A stretch of DNA of 64,000 bases. Origin: Phyllobates terribilis. Taxonomy: Eukaryota. The stretch lies in the NCBI RefSeq assembly GCF_046119375.1, contig NW_027362761.1, forward strand, positions 617,272,001-617,336,000. Direction: 5' to 3'. A program made the position numbers and the translations under genes. This document shows positions 38,179 through 51,016 of this stretch, one piece after another (within the stretch, counting starts at the first letter, position 1; each line of letters starts with the position of its first letter). The notes beneath the pieces were generated by a model. The model was given only the letters and a program-made list of their open reading frames with translations. It did no database searches and had not been told where the DNA came from.

Positions 38179-39816
38179 TCATAGATTCTTCTCTTCAGGT
38201 TGTTTTGGGTCTGAAGACGCCTCGGCTTTCCACGGCAGGTGCAGATATTTCACAATGTCAATGGCCGAGCGTCTCTCACAGGCATTTATAGCCAGCAGCT
38301 CCCAGAACATTTCTCTGGCCTCCACTGATATATTCTTCCACTTCTCTGGAGCCTTTTCCAGATCCCTCTTCACCTGCCACCAGGCAAACCCCTTATAATC
38401 TTGGTCACGGCGCACTGCCCCATACCAAGGAAAGAGTCCAGAAAGGGCAAAATAAACAAGTACACCAAAGGCCCAGACATCGAGACTAGGATGGAGCAAC
38501 AACTGTTCTCCTGGTCTTAAGCAGCAGAGCTCTGGAGCAGTGTAGGGCTTATACCAGGACACAGAAGGAACATATGTGCCCTGGAGCCTGGTGAGGCCAA
38601 AGTCTGCCAGTTTTATCCAGTGACATTCTGCATCCATCAAAAGAATATTATTCGGCTTGATATCCCGATGAACCATTCCTCTGTTGTGCATAAAGTCCAG
38701 AGCACTGGCGATCTGAGGAGCACAACGCTTCAACATGTCCTCCTGCATGCCGACCTAAGAAAGACAACACAGGAGATCACACAGCTGAACAGCAGACTGG
38801 AGAACATATCTAATAAAAAAGGACAGAAGACTTGCAGACATCTTCTACTAATGGATATTATTCCTGAAATCATCAGTTCTACTCTGCTCTTCATTAGTTA
38901 TATTCAGTTATGTGAGATTTCAACTAATAATTAAATATACCTCACATAGAGGATGATACCCAGCTCACACATTCTCCTGGATGCTAAACCTGCCTAGTTA
39001 TAGGGGCCCCATAGTGCTGCATACCGAAATATGAGTTTAATAACTCTGGGGAAATAGGATGATGTTTCCCATCAGATCTTTAAAAGTGGCCACCAATTTA
39101 TCCAAAAATAATTTGAATAATGCTTAGAATTTGTAAAAGTGGAAAACAACTGCATGAGATCTTACTTTAGGTTTAAGGATGGACTGGAGATTTCCCGCCG
39201 GTGCCATTTCCTGAGCAAACACAAAATCCATACTGGTATGGAAGAAGATGTCGTGAGTAAGGATGATGTTCTGGTGGCAGCTGAGGGTTTGTGAAATGCA
39301 ATATTCCAGGAAGAAGTTGTCTCCTGGAGTCTTCTTCTTTGCCATCATTTTTAGAGCCATGGTCTGTCCTGTTGAAAAGACATTATAATTGTTAATATGT
39401 ATCACCATCGTATTCCATAACACCGTCAAAACCATACAAAAAACCTGATCAATAACATTACACAGGAGTAGTCACAAGATTAGAAGATAGATGTGCAGAA
39501 TACTAATCATGTGCTGTAGATAGGATAAAGCTAGAGTCATACTTAGTCATACAGTATGTCAGGGTACAAGGAGCTTTCATTTCATCTGAAACACCCTGAT
39601 GGAACAAACATCATCATAGTCATCATCCATCATCATCTCACCTGAATGTTTGTGTTTTCCCATGTGTACCTTTCCATAAGATCCAGTTCCAAGTTCTAGA
39701 AAAAGTTCAAAGTGGTCGGTCACTTCCATCATCTTCAGGTTCTTGGAAGTCTCTGATATCAGATGAAGAAGGTGTTTTGCCATGTTCTTGTTCCCTTCCT
39801 TGATGTGGGCGGCCAT
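38179..39816 (-). CDS. SBK1-like: SBK1-like Ser/Thr protein kinase, copy 2 (317 aa; coding exons 39816-39642, 39368-39166, 38754-38179)
   Basis: Same splice sites as copy 1, shifted by 8169 bp. Open frame with all catalytic motifs; C-terminus SSDPKQPEEKNL*. Confidence 0.92.
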
Positions 39817-41638
39817 TCTGAATAAAATGAAATTAGATATGCCATTGAATATAGCATGATACATCTTCCAGACCTGTAATAACATATTGTAATCCCCACG
39901 TGTAAACTGTGGCTATAAACACACAATTGTATAATAGTCTGCGGTCACTTTGTTAATATTCCAGCATTGTATAATTCCCCAGAGATCTGCAGTAATATCA
40001 TCTACTATATCCTGTGCTATGTACTTATCATATATTCACCTTACAGATGGAGATTGAAGATGTCTACTGCTACGGAAAGAGACGATAGTCAATGATGAAC
40101 TCCTCCTGTACACCAACAAGTCTAAAACTTGCTGCTCCTCAGAGGCCAATGCTGAGTGCAAATAATTCCTGGAGTGGAGTAGATGTCACTGAGAGAAGGA
40201 GACAGGTTATATCTGGGAAGAGCAGGGAGATTGTTCATTAGTGGGACATTGTCATTGGCCAAAACTTACTATCTCAATTTACATATGAACTGACATTGAT
40301 AAGTGTTTGGAGGGAGAATGCTGGGTGATTACATATGAATGGGGATTCCGGGTGAGGCTCAGGCACTGTACACTATGACACTCACTATGGGAAATACCAG
40401 AAAATGTCCACCAGATCCTAAACCTTTACTATAGTTTAAGAAGCTAAAAAATTCAGTAAATTCCTGTGGTTTACCATACTATACTGTAAGAATATTGTCT
40501 ATAAATTGTCAGAATAATTTGGTACAAATAGATTGGTCATATAAAATATATTTTCAGTTTCAAAATCCCCCAAAAATATATTTACAAGAGTCGGGGCCAC
40601 TGACGTACCCCTTGCGGTACCAGCTGCCTGGTTATACAAGTGGCCCGCAAATTGAAAGGAACTATGTTTCAAAACAAAGCATAAGGATTGTCACCAGCTG
40701 CAATAATTCTTGCCAATAACACTAGTCCAGTATTTGTAAAAAATCTCATGTTTTTCATATATGAAGGAATTTTCTTAACCAATGGGCAGGAAGTCCAGTC
40801 CAAATAATAAGACAGAGGCTCAGTAATTGAACTATGTTCAGCTTTTATAGGACTTCCAGATGGACTGTCTATACATTTATGGAATTTGGGAATAAAGTAT
40901 CAGTATTGTTTTTTGGATATTCTACCATTAGTTTTTTAAAAAAAATTGTGTGATATTATCCACTTTCAACTCTGTGTCTAAATAATGATCACAATCATTT
41001 TCTATGGGAATGTGTGGAATCAATTGAAAGATGTATAAGTATTTTTAGAACCTAATTTACAATTATATATATATTATTTTTATATATAGTATACACTAGA
41101 CATGACCACAATATTACCCTCCTTGTCTGCTGGCTTATAACTATAAGAAAAGTACAAAATGAGACAAGTACTCATAGGGTATTATGGTATGATAGGTGGG
41201 TGGTGGTATGGGGTGAGGTGCTGCTTACCTGATGGAGTTGGGATTGCTCACCTCTATTATCTCCTTTTAAATTCACCAGCAATGTAATTTACATAATTGC
41301 ATTACTTAATAGTCAAGCATGCAAGGCTACTACAGATAATATGAAACAAAAAGAAAAGACAACATACAATGTATTATCACAAAGGTTGAAAGTATATTAG
41401 CATAAAGGTCATTTATTTTCAGTCACATAACACTTTTGTTTTTGAAAATATTATGATTTGTGTTGACTCACAATTGCATGTTTTCCACCCAGTAAAAGGC
41501 ACCGCTATGGGAACGGATTGAGCACCTCTTTGTGCAAATGTATTTTTGGTGTAGTGGGAGAATTTTCATTTTTTTTATAAGGATTTGATTTTGTACACCA
41601 TTGTCATTTTATTTAGGAAAGATTTATTGACGCATTTT

Positions 41639-43469
41639 TTGATCTGTTACAATGCCCATGTAAGTGTCACGGGTGTGTCGCCACGAAGATCGTCGCGATT
41701 ACACAGCCTGACTTCTCGCAGCTGACTTTTTGGTGCTTTGTGTTTTCGGCAGTGAGGGAGTTAATTCTCTCTCTCTCTGTGCTAGACGAGGTCCAGCCTC
41801 GCCCAGCTGCAATCAATGCTGCTGTAGTGAGACTCCTTCAAATGCCTGCTGGTCTGTTTGGGAAGTGTCGGTGAAAGCATTTCATGCAGACTAACAGAGC
41901 GGATCGTGGTATTTGGAGTTTCTGAGATAAGTGTATTTGGAGTGTTTTTTCCCTTCCTCGCTTTATCATTTATCTCCTTTCCCGTTGGTCTTCCCTCTGT
42001 TGTAGTTGTGTAGTTTTTGTATGCAAGGTGGTTTTGGTTTTTCCCTTGTACTGTCTCGTTCGTCTAAGTACTGTGTGTGGGCATATTATTACTTGTCCCC
42101 TTTTGTTGTGATCGGGGTCCTTCTCAGGACTAGATTACTTAGGTGCAGGGATCCTCAGGAGGTAGGGGTTACGCTGGCGGCCTGGACCTCTGTACCTTTA
42201 ACAGTACCTCCAGGTTGAGGGATTAGTCAGGGCCCCAGCTTAGGGTCAGCTTAGGCCCCCTACCTCCAGTATACAGAGACAGCGTGACATTAAGTTACTC
42301 TATGTGGGGGAGACCACTTGGGATTTCAAAACATGAATCAATCATCATCGCTATACTATTAGGAAGAAGACATTAGAATTGCCAGTACTGAAACATTTTG
42401 TAGAACTGAGGCATAAAGAAAAGGATCTTGGGTTTAGTATTATTGATCATGTTCCTTTGCTTAGGAGAGGAGGGAATAGGGAGAAATTATTGAAAAAGAA
42501 AGCATTAGAATGGATAAACAGATTCAATTCCCTCAAACCTAATGGTCTTAATGTAGATGTTAAATTGCATACTTTGGTATAAGAAATTCCCTCTCTGGAA
42601 AAGATTCTCTTTTGTATAATCTGTGATATAACAAGAATTATTATTAACAAATTTTATGTTTTTATTTTTTACAGATCAAATGCACAAGAAATTTGGAATA
42701 TTATGACTCAACCACCACATGACTAACGCTCTGATCTGAAATAAGTAATATGCAGTCAATTGGTTGCTCCTTAGTAGATGAATACGCATTTAGATTGAGT
42801 TATAATACTTTAATTGTCATTGGGAAGTAAACAAATTTTGATTACATTTTATGTATACTGTTTCTCTAAATGGGTTAGTTACATATGTCAGCCCCAGTTG
42901 GGGGACTAAGAATGAGTAATTGATGTAATTTAATGCTTAAGTTGATTATATTCTGACCTTGTTATGTTTATATTGATGTTTTGGATGTATGAAGACAGAG
43001 CAGCATTGAATGCTAGGAGAATAGTGTACAGGATTGATGTATTACATACATTGCACGTATAGACATGCGCAGAGAGGACGACTATGGCAAAATGGTGCTT
43101 CAGGCTTCAATATGTCCGTGCGTATAAGAGTGCAAATGCTGCCTCTATGTTATGTTCAATATTGACATGCGCCATGGCATTTCCGGGACATCGGTTTGCG
43201 GTGCGTATGGTCTGTTACATTGCGGTGGGGTGAGTCATAATTAATTATATTATATTTGAACTTGAATGCACTTTAATTAAAATTTCACTATGAAATGTTG
43301 TAATTATATTAATTAATATTCTACAGTAATTGATGAACCTATATGTATATCACATGTGTATTATTGCACTGCTTGATACATTTTCACACTTGGAATGAAA
43401 TGTCGCCATCACAATGGGTCAATAAACCATTCACAGCTTTGACCTTGGAATGCTGCCTCTAATTTGTTG
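41639..43469 (+). mobile_element. Penelope-like remnant (duplicate of 33470-35300)
   Basis: Copy at +8169 bp. Confidence 0.8.
41665..42289. mobile_element. Solo LTR (duplicate of 33496-34120)
   Basis: Copy at +8169 bp with the same termini and TSD. Confidence 0.88.
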
Positions 43470-44436
43470 TATATCTTTCTATCTTTCTAACTATCTATTT
43501 CATAACAATCCATCTTTCTATCTATCTATTCTCTATCTTTTCACATTTGTAACACATAAAAATCTTTAATTTCTAGTCTGCATTCTATACCGGTATGTGT
43601 CACACGTGCGGAAAACAGCTGTCACATGTATGTCAGCCGTGGTGTAGGAAAAAAATGAACATGTCTACTCGTGGGTCACACGGACACACGGTTCGTGTAA
43701 AAACATGGACATATGCACAACTGTATTCACAAGTACCAGACACACAGTCGTTTCAAGGGGTCCTAATTCTGCACAGATTACAAGAACTACTTCTTACAAC
43801 CATGACTAAGAACAATCTCTTTGTACCCAACATATGTCCCAAAGAGTCAAGACTGCTTCAAAGCTCAACTGTATTATTTAATACATCTTATATACGAGTG
43901 TGTAGCATCCTCCATTTACATCCTCTTAGACATCAAGTAGCAGAGTCTTTCCGTATTTTAAACAATATGAAGGGATGTACAAAATTGCATTGGGATATTG
44001 GGTTGATCCTTATTTGGGGAGAATGTCACCCCCATTGCCATCCCATCCAAGTGCATAAAATATGGAAGAATGTAATAAATGTGTTAGCTTTTTATAACTG
44101 ATAGATGTTTATTTCCTTTATAATCTTCAGTAATTCATGTTTTTTTTTTTACATCTGGTGGAAATGACTCTGCCATGTTACCTTCACCTCAGCATAGTAA
44201 TAAGCATAGTAATCGGCCTGAAATTAAAGTGATAAAAAAATAATTTAAAGCAAGTGGAAAAATGTTCCATGGAAACAAGTGTCCATATTAGCATCTCCAT
44301 AGCTGGTAGCCCCAGTCTGATTCCTAATGTAACTAGCCTTCTATTCTTTTCTATTTAAATGTAATTACAGACACATCCAGTGACTTTAGACTGAGACTGG
44401 TGAAAGAACAAATATTAGATAAGGACATTTCTTTAA

Positions 44437-44916
44437 GGTACCGTCACACTTAGCGACCCTACAGCGATCCCAACAACGATACGACCTGGCAGGGATCGTT
44501 GCTGCATTGCTATGTGGTCGCTGGTGAGATGTCAAACAGTCAGATCTTCCCAACGACGCAGCAACGATGCGGCGACCCGTAGCGACCTGTATAACGATGT
44601 CGGCGGTCTTTGGGACCCTGTCACATAGCAGCTACTCTGACAATTCAGACCTCGATGAGGGACGACTTCTCAGTTCTGAGTCACCAACAAGGTCGTTGGT
44701 AAGGTGTCAAACACACCGATGCCTGCTACTCAGCGGGACCTCAACGATCAAAAAATGGTCCAGGCCATTCCGACACGACCAGCGATCTCACAGCAGGGGC
44801 CTGGTCGCTGCTACGTGTCAAACGTAGCGAGATCGCTGCTGAGGTCGCTGTTGCGTTACAAAACTTGTGACTCAGCAGCGATCTCGCTAGCGATCTCGCT
44901 TAGTGTGACGGGGGCT
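44437..44916. mobile_element. TTAA-target MITE (duplicate of 36268-36747)
   Basis: Copy at +8169 bp with TTAA flanks. Confidence 0.88.
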
Positions 44917-46347
44917 TTAAAACGTGTCTGTATCTCAGCAGAGGACACAATCAACAAGTTACTGTAAAGGATAATTGCATCAACATCTCACTATTTGGTC
45001 AAATGAAGTGATGAAATAGAGGGAAATAGATTTTTTTTTTAAATTGAGTGAAGAACATTTACCTGTAGTCACAAGAGATCTAATATAAATGTGTGCATAT
45101 CATACAACAATATAAATACATCTAAATAAATTCCTTTTGTGTCACTGTTACCCTCTCCCACCCATATACTGACTAGAGATGAGCAGATCTGATTTTTAGT
45201 CACATAACAGTTTTGTTTTAAAATATTATTGGAATTTGTGTTGACTCAAATGATTTTATTTTTAATTGCATGTTTTCCACCAAGTAAATGGCACCGCTAT
45301 GGGTACGGTTTGTGCACATGTGTCTGCAAATTTATTTTTGGTGTAATAGGAGAATTTCCATATTTTTGATGAGCTGATTTTGTACACCAATCTTATTTTA
45401 TTTTGGTGAAAGTTCATTGATTTAGTTTTATGGGACAGTGGAAAATGTTTTTTTATATGATTTTGTTTCTATCATTATATCTTGGCGTCACAGCCAGTCT
45501 TGGCCTTTAATACCAACCATTTTTATTCATGTCACATTAAATTAGTCATTCCTTTCTTGTTTTTTTGGCAATGTAATTGTATGAGGGCTTTTCTTTTCAG
45601 TATCAGTTGTATTTGTTAATTTAAACATTTTTATGTACATGTAACTTATTAGCATTCTTTTATTAGCTGTTTATGGGAGGAAAACAAATAAAATAGCAAT
45701 TTTATCATTTGTTTGCATTTTAAAGTTTACGTTATCTGCTTGCTGCAAAGATAACGCATTAACTTCATTCAGTAGATCAGTACTAACATGGTGTTGATAA
45801 ATTTGTAAAATTTTAATTATTTTTCTGCTTTGTACAATACACACTTGAAAAACACCTTTTTTGATGTTTCATAATTTTCTTTCAGTGGAGATGTATGAAG
45901 ATTCATTTTTTGCATGACAATCTGCAGCTTTTATTGGTAACAGTTTGTTGTACGTGCAACTTTTTGATCCCTTTTTATACCAGCCTTTTAGAGGCAAAAT
46001 GAACTAAAAAACTTCAAATTCTGAATTTGTTTTATTATTTTTTTAAACACCATTCACTGTGAAATATAATTGTCATGTAATCTTTATTCTGTGGGCCACT
46101 ATGATCATGACAATTCCTTATAGATTTTTATGTTTTGCTACTTTTGCGAAATGATGGACTTAAAAATTTTTTGGAGTCGTATATTCTGATACCCATAACT
46201 TATTTATTTTTTGGTTTTGCTCTAGACAAACACTCTTCATTACTAAGATACAAGTCTATTTTATTCATTTATTTATTTACAATACTTTCCAGGCTGCTTA
46301 ATAGACATTATTGATTACAAAAAAAATATCATATTGCAGTTTGGATG

Positions 46348-47991
46348 TCATAGATTCTTCTCTTCAGGTTGTTTTGGGTCTGAAGACGCCTCGGCTTTCC
46401 ACGGCAGGTGCAGATATTTCACAATGTCAATGGCCGAGCGTCTCTCACAGGCATTTATAGCCAGCAGCTCCCAGAACATTTCTCTGGCCTCCACTGATAT
46501 ATTCTTCCACTTCTCTGGAGCCTTTTCCAGATCCCTCTTCACCTGCCACCAGGCAAACCCCTTATAATCTTGGTCACGGCGCACTGCCCCATACCAAGGA
46601 AAGAGTCCAGAAAGGGCAAAATAAACAAGTACACCAAAGGCCCAGACATCGAGACTAGGATGGAGCAACAACTGTTCTCCTGGTCTTAAGCAGCAGAGCT
46701 CTGGAGCAGTGTAGGGCTTATACCAGGACACAGAAGGAACATATGTGCCCTGGAGCCTGGTGAGGCCAAAGTCTGCCAGTTTTATCCAGTGACATTCTGC
46801 ATCCATCAAAAGAATATTATTCGGCTTGATATCCCGATGAACCATTCCTCTGTTGTGCATAAAGTCCAGAGCACTGGCGATCTGAGGAGCACAACGCTTC
46901 AACATGTCCTCCTGCATGCCGACCTAAGAAAGACAACACAGGAGATCACACAGCTGAACAGCAGACTGGAGAACATATCTAATAGAAAAGGACAGAAGAC
47001 TTGCAGACATCTTCTACTAATGGATATTATTCCTGAAATCATCAGTTCTACTCTGCTCTTCATTAGTTATATTCAGTTATGTGAGATTTCAACTAATAAT
47101 TAAATATACCTCACATAGAGGATGATACCCAGCTCACACATTCTCCTGGATGCTAAACCTGCCTAGTTATAGGGGCCCCATAGTGCTGCATACCGAAATA
47201 TGAGTTTAATAACTCTGGGGAAATAGGATGATGTTTCCCATCAGATCTTTAAAAGTGGCCACCAATTTATCCAAAAATAATTTGAATAATGCTTAGAATT
47301 TGTAAAAGTGGAAAACAACTGCATGAGATCTTACTTTAGGTTTAAGGATGGACTGGAGATTTCCCGCCGGTGCCATTTCCTGAGCAAACACAAAATCCAT
47401 ACTGGTATGGAAGAAGATGTCGTGAGTAAGGATGATGTTCTGGTGGCAGCTGAGGGTTTGTGAAATGCAATATTCCAGGAAGAAGTTGTCTCCTGGAGTC
47501 TTCTTCTTTGCCATCATTTTTAGAGCCATGGTCTGTCCTGTTGAAAAGACATTATAATTGTTAATATGTATCACCATCGTATTCCATAACACCGTCAAAA
47601 CCATACAAAAAACCTGATCAATAACATTACACAGGAGTAGTCACAAGATTAGAAGATAGATGTGCAGAATACTAATCATGTGCTGTAGATAGGATAAAGC
47701 TAGAGTCATACTTAGTCATACAGTATGTCAGGGTACAAGGAGCTTTCATTTCATCTGAAACACCCTGATGGAACAAACATCATCAAGTCATCATCCATCA
47801 TCTATCATCATCTCACCTGAATGTTTGTGTTTTCCCATGTGTACCTTTCCATAAGATCCAGTTCCAAGTTCTAGAAAAAGTTCAAAGTGGTCGGTCACTT
47901 CCATCATCTTCAGGTTCTTGGAAGTCTCTGATATCAGATGAAGAAGGTGTTTTGCCATGTTCTTGTTCCCTTCCTTGATGTGGGCGGCCAT
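46348..47991 (-). CDS. SBK1-like: SBK1-like Ser/Thr protein kinase, copy 3 (317 aa; coding exons 47991-47817, 47537-47335, 46923-46348)
   Basis: Same exon structure as copy 2, with the first coding intron 6 bp longer. The ORF-track translations of the exons match copy 2. Confidence 0.92.
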
Positions 47992-49816
47992 TCTGAATAA
48001 AATGAAATTAGATATGCCATTGAATATAGCATGATACATCTTCCAGACCTGTAATAACATATTGTAATCCCCGCGTGTAAACTGTGGCTATAAACACACA
48101 ATTGTATAATAGTCTGCGGTCACTTTGTTAATATTCCAGCATTGTATAATTCCCCAGAGATCTGCAGTAATATTATCTACTATATCCTGTGCTATGTACT
48201 TATCATATATTCACCTTACAGATGGAGATTGAAGATGTCTACTGCTACGGAAAGAGACGATAGTCAATGATGAACTCCTCCTGTACACCAACAAGTCTAA
48301 AACTTGCTGCTCCTCAGAGGCCAATACTGAGTGCAAATAATTCCTGGAGTGGAGTAGATGTCACTGAGAGAAGGAGACAGGTTATATCTGGGAAGAGCAG
48401 GGAGATTGTTCATTAGTGGGACATTGTCATTGGCCAAAACTTACTATCTCAATTTACATATGAACTGACATTGATAAGTGTTTGGAGGGAGAATGCTGGG
48501 TGATTACATATGAATGGGGATTCCGGGTGAGGCTCAGGCACTGTACACTATGACACTCACTATGGGAAATACCAGAAAATGTCCACCAGATCCTAAACCT
48601 TTACTATAGTTTAAGAAGCTAAAAAATTCAGTAAATTCCTGTGGTTTACCATACTATACTGTAAGAATATTGTCTATAAATTGTCAGAATAATTTGGTAC
48701 AAATAGATTGGTCATATAAAATATATTTTCAGTTTCAAAATCCCCCAAAAATATATTTACAAGAGTCGGGGCCACTGACGTACCCCTTGCGGTACCAGCT
48801 GCCTGGTTATACAAGTGGCCCGCAAATTGAAAGGAACTATGTTTCAAAACAAAGCATAAGGATTGTCACCAGCTGCAATAATTCTTGCCAATAACACTAG
48901 TCCAGTATTTGTAAAAAATCTCATGTTTTTCATATATGAAGGAATTTTCTTAACCAATGGGCAGGAAGTCCAGTCCAAATAATAAGACAGAGGCTCAGTA
49001 ATTGAACTATGTTCAGCTTTTATAGGACTTCCAGATGGACTGTCTATACATTTATGGAATTTGGGAATAAAGTATCAGTATTGTTTTTTGGATATTCTAC
49101 CATTAGTTTTAAAAAAAAAATTGTGTGATATTATCCGCTCTCAACTCTGTGTCTAAATAATGATCACAATCATTTTCTATGGGAATGTGTGGAATCAATT
49201 GAAAGATGTATAAGTATTTTTAGAACCTAATTTACAATTATATATATATTATTTTTATATATAGTATACACTAGACATGACCACAATATTACCATCCTTG
49301 TCTGCTGGCTTATAACTATAAGAAAAGTACAAAATGAGACAAGTACTCATAGGGTATTATGGTATGATAGGTGGGTGGTGGTATGGGGTGAGGTGCTGCT
49401 TACCTGATGGAGTTGGGATTGTTCACCTCTATTATCTCCTTTTAAATTCACCAGCAATGTAATTTACATAATTGCATTACTTAACAGTCAAGCATGCAAG
49501 GCTACTACAGATAATATGAAACAAAAAGAAAAGACAACATACAATGTATTATCACAAAGGTTGAAAGTATATTAGCATAAAGGTCATTTATTTTCAGTCA
49601 CATAACACTTTTGTTTTTGAAAATATTATGATTTGTGTTGACTCACAATTGCATGTTTTCCACCCAGTAAAAGGCACCGCTATGGGAACGGACTGAGCAC
49701 CTCTTTGTGCAAATGTATTTTTGGTGTAGTGGGAGAATTTTCATTTTTTTTTATAAGGATTTGATTTTGTACACCATTGTCATTTTATTTAGGAAAGATT
49801 TATTGACGCATTTTTT

Positions 49817-51016
49817 GATCTGTTACAATGCCCATGTAAGTTACTCTATGTGGGGGAGACTACTTGGGATTTCAAAACAAGAATCAATCATCATCGCTAT
49901 ACTATTAGGAAGAAGACATTAGAATTGCCAGTACTGAAACATTTTGTATAACTGAGGCATAAAGAAAAGGATCTTGGGTTTAGTATTATTGATCATGTTA
50001 CTTTATTTAGGAGAGGAGAAAATAAGGAGAAATTATTGAAAAAGAAAGAATTAGAATGGATAAACAGATTCAATTCCCTCAAACCTAATGGTCTTAATGT
50101 AGATTTTAAATTGCATACTTTGGTATAAGAAATTCCCTCTCTGGAAAAGATTCTCTTTTGTATAATCTGTGATATAACAAGAATTATTATTAACAAATTT
50201 TAGGTTTTTATTTTTTACATATCAAATGCACAAGAAATTTGGAATATTATGACTCAACCCATCACATGACGAACGCTCTGATCTGAAATAAGTAATATAC
50301 AGTCAATTGGTTGCTCCTTAGTAGATGAATACGCATTTAGATTGCGTTATAATACTTTAATTGTCATTGGGAAGTAAACAAATTATGATTACATTTTATG
50401 TATACTGTTTCTCTGAATGGGTTAGTTACATATGTCAGCCCCAGTTGGGGGACTAAGAATGAGTAATTGATGTAATTTAATGCTTAAGTTGATTATATTT
50501 TTACCTTGTTATGTTTATATTGATGTTTTGGATGTATGAAGACAGAGCAGCATTGAATGCTAGGAGAATAGTGTACAGGATTGATGTATTACATACATTG
50601 CACGTATAGACATGCGCAGAGAGGACGACTATGGCAAAATGGCGCTTCAGGCTTCAATAGGTCCGTGCGCATAAGAGTGGAAATGCTGCCTCTATGTTAT
50701 GTTCAATATTGACATGCGCCATGGCATTTCCGGGACATAGGTTTGCGGTGCGTATGGTCTGTTACATTGCGGTGGGGTGAGTTATAATTAACTATATTAT
50801 ATTTGCACTTGAATGCACTTTTATTAAAATTTCACTATGAAATGTTGTAATTATATTAATTAATATTCTACAGTAATTGATGAACCTATATGTATATCAC
50901 ATGTGTATTATTGCACTGCTTGATACATTTTCACACTTGGAATGAAATGTCGCCATCACAATGGGTCAATAAACCATTCACAGCTTTGACCTTGGAATGC
51001 TGCCTCTAATTTGTTG
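49817..51016 (+). mobile_element. Penelope-like remnant without the LTR insertion
   Basis: Contiguous QCPCKLLYVGETTWDFKTRINHHRY...ELEWINRFNSLKPNGLNVDF. Confidence 0.8.

Larger units (their letters stand above)
30045..46383. repeat. Two near-identical 8169-bp tandem segmental-duplication units; a third, diverged unit continues to ~52900
   Basis: The ORF track repeats at +8169 (e.g. 32326/40495, 35426/43595). Only a handful of substitutions are visible by eye. Confidence 0.95.
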
